Below, piece after piece: positions 26,526-32,000 of a stretch of DNA of 32,000 bases (positions are counted from its first letter, which is position 1; each line of letters opens with the position of its first letter). The DNA lies in NCBI RefSeq assembly GCF_000284455.1, contig NC_017039.1, positions 3,180,001 to 3,212,000 on the forward strand, read 5' to 3'. This DNA comes from Synechocystis sp. PCC 6803 substr. PCC-P. GTDB lineage: Bacteria > Cyanobacteriota > Cyanobacteriia > Cyanobacteriales > Microcystaceae. The position numbers and the translations under genes were made by a program. The notes beneath the pieces were generated by a model. That model had not been told where the DNA came from. It did no database searches and worked only from the letters and a program-made list of their open reading frames with translations.

Positions 26526-28280
26526 CTACATCCTGTCTAAAACCGGAATGCCCAATAAAGACAGACCCAATTTCAGCGTTCTGGCTGTGAGATCACAGAG
26601 CAATAAACGGGAACCGCGCTGGGGATCGCTTGCCTTCAATACTGGACAATTTTCGTAAAAACGGTTGAAAACTTTGCTTAATTCGTAAAGATAATCACAA
26701 AGGCGATTGGGTAATAAACTAATTTCCACCGTTTCAATTACGTCAGCAAATTGTAAAAGATTTTTAGCCAAAACTAACTCGGTTGGTTCAGTCAACACAA
26801 TTTCACCGCTGTCCATCTGAGCAAAATCAATGCCCCCTTCCCGACTAATACTTTGAATGCGGGCGTAGGCATAGAGCATATAGGGAGCCGTATTGCCCTG
26901 GAGAGCCAACATTTTGTCAAAACTAAACACATAATCACTGGTGCGATTTTGGCTAAGGTCGGCATATTTCACTGCCCCAATGCCCACCCGTTGGGCAACT
27001 TCCGTCTTAAATTCTTCAGTTTCTGATCGTTCTTCTGCTGTTAAACGGGTTTCTAAATCCTGTCTTGCTCGAGTTACGGCTTCCGTTAGCAAATCCTTTA
27101 AACGAATGGTGTCCCCCGCCCTAGTTTTTAGTTTTTTGCCATCTTCCCCCTTGACCAAACCAAACGGCACATGGACTACTTGAGTCGGGTCAGTCAGAAT
27201 GCCAGCTTTTTCAGCTACCTGGAAAAATTGAGCAAAATGATTAGCTTGCCCCGCATCGGTGACATAAATGATCTTCTCAGCGCCATCGGTGTTTAAGCGA
27301 TAATTCAATGCGGCCAAGTCCGTGGTGGCATAGTTATAACCCCCGTCGGATTTTTGCACTATTAACGGTAGGCGATCGCCGTCCTTATTAGTAAAGCCAT
27401 CGAGGAAAACGCATTGAGCACCGTTATCTTCCACCAGCAAATCTTTTTCCTGCAATAGTTCCACCACACCGGGCAAAAAGGGATTATAAAATGATTCTCC
27501 CCGTTCCTCAATGGTGATATCTAAGCAGTCATAAATCAGTTGAAATTCCCGTCGAGATTGCTCACAAAGTAATTGCCAAGCTTTAATACTTTTCGCATCC
27601 CCTGCCTGGAGCGCAACCACCGCTTGACGGGAAGTTTCCCGAAATTGTTCATCTTGGTCAAATCTTTGTTTAGCTTGCTTATAAAAGGTGACTAGATCGC
27701 CAATATCCAGCGCATCCGCAGTCACTAATGCCTCTGGATAAACCTCTTTTAAATAGGTAATTAACATACCAAATTGGGTGCCCCAGTCTCCCACGTGGTT
27801 GAGGCGCAAAACATCATAGCCTCGGAATTCCAGTACCCGAGCTAAACAATCCCCAATAATGGTAGACCGGAGATGACCCACATGCATTTCCTTCGCAATA
27901 TTGGGACTTGAAAAATCTACCACTATCCGTTCTTCGCCTTTAACTAATGACACTCCTAACTGTTGATTTTGCTGAAGTTTAATTAATTGTTCCCCCAGAT
28001 AATCAGGCAATAACTTGATGTTAATAAAACCTGGCCCAGCAATGGTTAACGGTTCACAAATTTCGCTTAAATTAACTTTATCCACAATCTCCATGGCGAT
28101 CGCCCGGGGCGGTTGACCCAACTGCTTAGCTAAGGGCAGGGCAATGTTGCATTGAAAATCACCAAATTTAGGATTGGAAGCCGGTACCACTAGGGGAGTG
28201 GGTAGGGTAACATCAGATGGAAACTGACCTTCCAGAGCTTGGGCAAAGTGATCATTAAGTTGGGTCAGAATCGATACCAT
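26526..28280 (-). CDS. argS: Arginine--tRNA ligase
   Basis: Class I HIGH motif HVGHLRS, a KMSK-like block KLKTRAGD, and a typical ArgS anticodon-binding C-terminus ending in M. Confidence 0.93.
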   Translation of the reverse strand: MVSILTQLNDHFAQALEGQFPSDVTLPTPLVVPASNPKFGDFQCNIALPLAKQLGQPPRAIAMEIVDKVNLSEICEPLTIAGPGFINIKLLPDYLGEQLIKLQQNQQLGVSLVKGEERIVVDFSSPNIAKEMHVGHLRSTIIGDCLARVLEFRGYDVLRLNHVGDWGTQFGMLITYLKEVYPEALVTADALDIGDLVTFYKQAKQRFDQDEQFRETSRQAVVALQAGDAKSIKAWQLLCEQSRREFQLIYDCLDITIEERGESFYNPFLPGVVELLQEKDLLVEDNGAQCVFLDGFTNKDGDRLPLIVQKSDGGYNYATTDLAALNYRLNTDGAEKIIYVTDAGQANHFAQFFQVAEKAGILTDPTQVVHVPFGLVKGEDGKKLKTRAGDTIRLKDLLTEAVTRARQDLETRLTAEERSETEEFKTEVAQRVGIGAVKYADLSQNRTSDYVFSFDKMLALQGNTAPYMLYAYARIQSISREGGIDFAQMDSGEIVLTEPTELVLAKNLLQFADVIETVEISLLPNRLCDYLYELSKVFNRFYENCPVLKASDPQRGSRLLLCDLTARTLKLGLSLLGIPVLDRM

Positions 28281-28477
28281 GGACGATGATGTTAGGGGAA
28301 GTGAACGTTAAATAATCAAAAACTAAGGGCTGGGCTGGACAATAATGCCCCATGATAAGCCCCGATGTAACCAGTATATTAGATTAGTTGCCCTAAGTGA
28401 TTTATACAATAGAATTTATCGACTATCAACACTAACTTCCAGGGTAATCAATGGCCATAAAAATGCCATATTTCCGC

Positions 28478-29434
28478 CTAATTAAGTTTTTCCAATGGCA
28501 AATATTCTAGTCCCCAAAGATCACTAACTAAATATAAAGGTCTAGCTTTTACTTCTTCATAAACCCGACCTAAATATTCCCCAATCACGCCTAAACTAAT
28601 TAACTGCACTCCCCCAAGAAATAAGATAGCCACCATTAGGGAGGCGTAGCCTGGCACATCAACACCAAGGGTTATGGTTTTCAAAATCAAAAAGCTAGCG
28701 TAGGCTAAGGATAACAGTGAAATGATTGATCCAAGGTAAGTCCAGACTTTGAGGGGAAGTAAACTAAAAGAAAAAATGCCGTCCAAAGCAAAATTCCAGA
28801 GTTTCCAATAGTTCCATTTTGTTTGTCCTTGGAAGCGGGGTTCCCGATCAAATAAAACGAAAGTTTGGCGGTAACCCACCCAGGCAAATAAACCTTTCAT
28901 AAAGCGAGTTCTTTCCGGTAGCTGCTTAATCGCATTAACCACCTTGCGGTCCATTAAACGAAAATCGCCAGTATTGGGAGGAATTTTAATTTCCGTCATG
29001 CGCCCAATCACTTTGTAAAACATTTTGGCGGTGAATTGTTTTACCCACGTTTCCCCCTGCCGTGAACGACGGGTGGCATAGACAATATCATAACCTTCCC
29101 GCCATTTATCAACTAACTCATGGATCAATTCCGGTGGATCTTGCAGGTCGGCGTCGATGGGAATAACAGCGTTGCCTTGGGCGTAATCAATGCCAGCGGA
29201 AAGGGCAATTTCTTTGCCAAAGTTACGAGACAGATTAACAATCTTAATTTGGCGATTACTTTGATAGCAATCAATTAATTGTTTGAGGGTTTTATCCTTA
29301 CTACCGTCGTTAACACAAATAATTTCGTAGGTAATTTTGAGGGGAGTCAGCACCTCCAGCAAACGGGCAAATAAATGCTCAAGGTTATCTTCCTCGTTGT
29401 ACATTGGAATCACAATAGACAGTTCAATGGTCAT
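28478..29434 (-). CDS. gtrB: Family-2 glycosyltransferase, polyisoprenyl-phosphate glycosyltransferase type (GtrB/DPM1/ArnC-like)
   Basis: SIVIPMYNEE, VNDGSKDKT and the DxD motif PIDADLQDPPE, plus two C-terminal TM helices. The symbol is a family-level assignment only. Confidence 0.8.
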   Translation of the reverse strand: MTIELSIVIPMYNEEDNLEHLFARLLEVLTPLKITYEIICVNDGSKDKTLKQLIDCYQSNRQIKIVNLSRNFGKEIALSAGIDYAQGNAVIPIDADLQDPPELIHELVDKWREGYDIVYATRRSRQGETWVKQFTAKMFYKVIGRMTEIKIPPNTGDFRLMDRKVVNAIKQLPERTRFMKGLFAWVGYRQTFVLFDREPRFQGQTKWNYWKLWNFALDGIFSFSLLPLKVWTYLGSIISLLSLAYASFLILKTITLGVDVPGYASLMVAILFLGGVQLISLGVIGEYLGRVYEEVKARPLYLVSDLWGLEYLPLEKLN

Positions 29435-29605
29435 AGATGTAACTTATTTCCTGTCAATTTAGTCAGTGCATTAACGCCGTTGCCCAATGGAGTGATCTAG
29501 TTAGAATCAATGCAGTTGGTTAATGGAACCTACTGTTACCATGCCGATCGCCAGTGGTCTATAAATAATTTCGTTCCTCGGCACTGGCTTGGGTAATTCC
29601 GTAGC

Positions 29606-29626
29606 ATTTCCAGAATATTTCCAGAA
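29606..29626. promoter_or_regulatory. Exact direct repeat ATTTCCAGAA-T-ATTTCCAGAA, 10 nt upstream of the amidotransferase ATG
   Basis: Read directly from the sequence. The period is 11 nt, about one helical turn. It lies in the 201-nt divergent region shared with the GT2 gene. Confidence 0.3.
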
Positions 29627-29635
29627 AATTACCAT

Positions 29636-30346
29636 ATGCAAGCTCACTTTTTCCAGCACGTTCCCTTTGAAAATCTTGGTGCCATTGAACGTTGGCTCAG
29701 GGCTAAAGGTTACGCCATCAGTCAAACCGCTTTTTTTCAGCCATCTTTTAGCCTTCCTTCTTTGGACGCCATTGACCTGTTGATTGTCCTGGGCGGCCCC
29801 ATGAGTGTCAACGATGAGGCGCAATATCCCTGGTTGGTGCAGGAAAAGGAATTCATCCGTCAGGCGATCGCCGTTGGGAAACCGATATTAGGTATTTGCC
29901 TGGGGGCCCAACTCATGGCCAATGCCCTAGGGGCAAAAGTTTATCCCAACGCTGTCAAGGAAATTGGCTGGTTTCCCATCATGGGGCAAGAAGGTAAATC
30001 ACAGTCAGGTTCATTCCAGTTTCCCCCCAGCCTTGAAGTTTTCCACTGGCACGGTGAAACCTTTGATTTACCCCCAGGGGCAGAGTTAATTGCCTCCAGC
30101 CAAGCTTGTCAGCATCAGGCTTTCCAAATTGGGCGATCGGCGATCGGTCTGCAATGCCATTTGGAAACTACCCCCACAGCGGCCCAGGCTTTAGTAGACA
30201 ATTGTGCTGATGAATTGATCCTTGGCCCCTTTGTGCAGGATGCCACCACTATTTTGGCCGATAACCAAGCTAGATTTGCCACCATGGGCGCAGTTCTAGT
30301 CCAATTGCTGGAATATCTACACCATCAAGTTATTACCCCTGCCTAA
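29636..30346 (+). CDS. Class I glutamine amidotransferase-like protein (GMP synthase GATase-domain-like)
   Basis: Nucleophile elbow GICLGAQL and a His/Glu pair in LQCHLE. It is a stand-alone 236-aa domain. Confidence 0.75.
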   Translation: MQAHFFQHVPFENLGAIERWLRAKGYAISQTAFFQPSFSLPSLDAIDLLIVLGGPMSVNDEAQYPWLVQEKEFIRQAIAVGKPILGICLGAQLMANALGAKVYPNAVKEIGWFPIMGQEGKSQSGSFQFPPSLEVFHWHGETFDLPPGAELIASSQACQHQAFQIGRSAIGLQCHLETTPTAAQALVDNCADELILGPFVQDATTILADNQARFATMGAVLVQLLEYLHHQVITPA

Positions 30347-30425
30347 TCCCCTGGCTCCCAATCCCTAGAAGCGGAGAATATGGCACAATCTAGGGAGAAT
30401 ACTACGGTAACAACACCATCTCCCC

Positions 30426-31022
30426 ATGATTCCAACCGTCATTGAAACGTCTGGGCGTGGCGATCGCGCCTTTGATATTTATTCCCGCCTACTCCGGGAG
30501 CGGATTGTCTTCCTGGGGCAAGAAGTCCGGGATGAGAACGCCAATTTAGTTGTTGCCCAACTGCTGTTTTTGGAAGCGGAAGATCCGGAAAAAGACATTT
30601 ATCTTTACATCAACTCCCCCGGAGGCTCGGTGTCGGCAGGACTAGGAATTTTCGACACCATGAACCAGATCCGCCCCGATGTGTGTACCATCTGCATCGG
30701 TTTAGCGGCCAGCATGGGGGCTTTTCTCCTTAGTGCTGGAGCCAAAGGTAAGCGCATGAGTTTGCCCAACTCCCGCATCATGATTCACCAACCCCTAGGG
30801 GGAGCCCAGGGCCAAGCCACGGATATTGAAATTCAAGCCAAAGAGATTCTTTATCTTAAAGCACTACTTAACCAACATTTGGCCAACCACACTGGCAAAT
30901 CCCTAGAGGAAATTACCGCCGATACGGAACGGGATTTCTTTATGTCCGCTGAGGAATCGAAGGAATATGGCTTGATTGACCAGGTAATTAACCGTCGTCC
31001 TTCCGCCAGTGACCCTATTTAA
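30426..31022 (+). CDS. clpP: ATP-dependent Clp protease proteolytic subunit
   Basis: Near full-length ClpP similarity. Catalytic Ser is in [11 protein letters not shown] and His in IMIHQPLGG. Confidence 0.93.
   Translation: MIPTVIETSGRGDRAFDIYSRLLRERIVFLGQEVRDENANLVVAQLLFLEAEDPEKDIYLYINSPGGSVSAGLGIFDTMNQIRPDVCTICIGLAASMGAFLLSAGAKGKRMSLPNSRIMIHQPLGGAQGQATDIEIQAKEILYLKALLNQHLANHTGKSLEEITADTERDFFMSAEESKEYGLIDQVINRRPSASDPI
30460..30467. repeat. HIP1 octamer GCGATCGC (representative copy)
   Basis: Exact match read from the sequence, inside clpP. Confidence 0.95.
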
Positions 31023-31099
31023 CCGCTGTATTAGCTCCCCAATAGCTGTTACAAATTGACCCGACCATAAAACTTTCCCAATTCCCTTCCTGACTGTCC

Positions 31100-32000
31100 G
31101 TGAACATTACTTCCCCTCTTTCTGCCCCTAGTCATCAGTATCCCGACGCCCTGGGTCGTTTTGGCAATTATGGCGGCAAATATGTGCCTGAAACTTTAAT
31201 GCCGGCTCTGACGGAGTTGGAGGAAGCTTACTATCGCTACCGGGCGGAGAGTTCCTTTCAGGAAGAGTTAGCGGGGTTATTAAAAGACTATGTGGGCCGT
31301 TCCTCTCCCCTATATTTTGCGGAAAGATTAAGCGCCCATTACGCCCGTCCCGACGGAACCTATCCTTTGATTTACCTCAAACGAGAAGATTTAAACCATA
31401 CGGGGGCCCACAAAATTAATAACGCCCTGGGCCAGGTTCTCCTTGCCAAACGCATGGGGAAAAAGCGGATCATTGCCGAAACTGGTGCTGGTCAACACGG
31501 GGTGGCAACGGCTACGGTGTGTGCTCGCTTTGGCTTGGAATGCATCATCTACATGGGGGTGCAGGATATGGAGCGGCAAAAGCTGAATGTCTTTCGCATG
31601 AATTTGCTGGGGGCCAGGGTGCAACCAGTCACAGCGGGCACTGGAACCCTCAAGGATGCTACCTCTGAAGCAATCCGGGATTGGGTCACCAATGTGGAAA
31701 CTACCCATTACATTCTTGGCTCTGTGGCCGGACCCCATCCTTACCCCATGATGGTGCGGGACTTCCACCGGGTCATTGGCCAGGAAACTCGCCAACAGGC
31801 ATTGAAAAAATGGGGCGGTCTGCCGGATATCTTGCTGGCTTGTGTGGGGGGCGGCTCCAACGCCATGGGGCTGTTCTACGATTTCATTGATGAGCCAGCA
31901 GTGCGGTTAATTGGTATCGAAGCGGCAGGGGAAAGCATTGTCTCCGGTAAGCATGCGGCCACTTTAACCATGGGTAAACCGGGGGTGTTACATGGGGCCA
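31100..32000 (+). CDS. trpB: Tryptophan synthase beta chain (5' part, truncated by the window end)
   Basis: My manual translation from GTG 31100 (an in-frame TGA lies at 31091) gives [37 protein letters not shown]... and later the PLP-lysine block HTGAHKINN. The frame is open to the window end. It is absent from the ORF track because no stop falls within the window. Confidence 0.88.
   Translation, partial: MNITSPLSAPSHQYPDALGRFGNYGGKYVPETLMPALTELEEAYYRYRAESSFQEELAGLLKDYVGRSSPLYFAERLSAHYARPDGTYPLIYLKREDLNHTGAHKINNALGQVLLAKRMGKKRIIAETGAGQHGVATATVCARFGLECIIYMGVQDMERQKLNVFRMNLLGARVQPVTAGTGTLKDATSEAIRDWVTNVETTHYILGSVAGPHPYPMMVRDFHRVIGQETRQQALKKWGGLPDILLACVGGGSNAMGLFYDFIDEPAVRLIGIEAAGESIVSGKHAATLTMGKPGVLHGA

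Noticed and set aside
28345-28485. 46-codon plus-strand ORF in the argS-GT2 spacer (MPHDKPRCNQYIRLVAL...)
   Set aside because: It is basic with no hydrophobic or structured character. It runs against the direction of the surrounding minus-strand operon and overlaps the GT2 stop. This is most likely the argS promoter/leader region.
29507-29824. 105-aa minus-strand ORF spanning the GT2/amidotransferase intergenic region and the amidotransferase 5' end
   Set aside because: It overlaps a well-supported plus-strand start, has no motifs and would leave no promoter space. I judge it spurious.
31391-31795. 134-aa minus-strand ORF (plus the short plus-strand ORF at 31681-31890) at the right edge
   Set aside because: Both lie antisense to or out of frame with the clear trpB reading frame that starts at GTG 31100.
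1-32000. Search for CRISPR arrays, IS elements or transposases, integrases, phage genes, toxin-antitoxin pairs, and tRNA/rRNA genes
   Set aside because: I saw no regularly spaced direct repeats, no terminal inverted repeats flanking ORFs, no recombinase-like or defence-like ORFs in the track, and no cloverleaf-compatible intergenic segments. HIP1 density is even throughout, which is consistent with core chromosome.

Overview
This window looks like cyanobacterial chromosomal core DNA. The palindrome GCGATCGC (HIP1) occurs about once per kb, and I counted roughly 33 exact copies by eye. From memory, the gene content and order match the Synechocystis sp. PCC 6803 region slr0525-slr0543 / sll0514-sll0501; I cannot verify that here. 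I call 27 protein-coding genes, tightly packed on both strands. On the plus strand: chlM, panB, queC and murE; the glucosylglycerol-type ABC importer genes ggtB, ggtC and ggtD; an orphan histidine kinase (hik10-like); a TPR lytic transglycosylase; a membrane-embedded S8 subtilase; hemE; a PfkB/adenosine kinase; a class I amidotransferase; clpP; and the 5' part of trpB. On the minus strand: a beta-CASP metallo-beta-lactamase protein; a 40-aa micro-ORF absent from the ORF track; squalene synthase; an Ap4A-phosphorylase-like gene plus an unknown gene; corA; and a long co-directional run of gtrB-like GT2, argS, a membrane GTPase, lysA, cdaA and uppS. I found no rRNA, tRNA, CRISPR array, transposase, integrase or obvious defence island, and I do not see a compelling novel multi-gene system. 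The best leads are: (1) the micro-ORF upstream of the beta-CASP gene and that gene's Cys-rich tail; (2) a subtilase with a polytopic C-terminal membrane domain; (3) fragmentary resemblance of the queC-murE spacer to ydaO-class c-di-AMP riboswitches, in a window that also encodes the diadenylate cyclase; (4) the GTPase/DUF697-like gene 1 nt downstream of argS; (5) several exact palindromes and tandem repeats in divergent promoter regions. Most long ORFs in the track that lie antisense to or out of frame with these genes look spurious.
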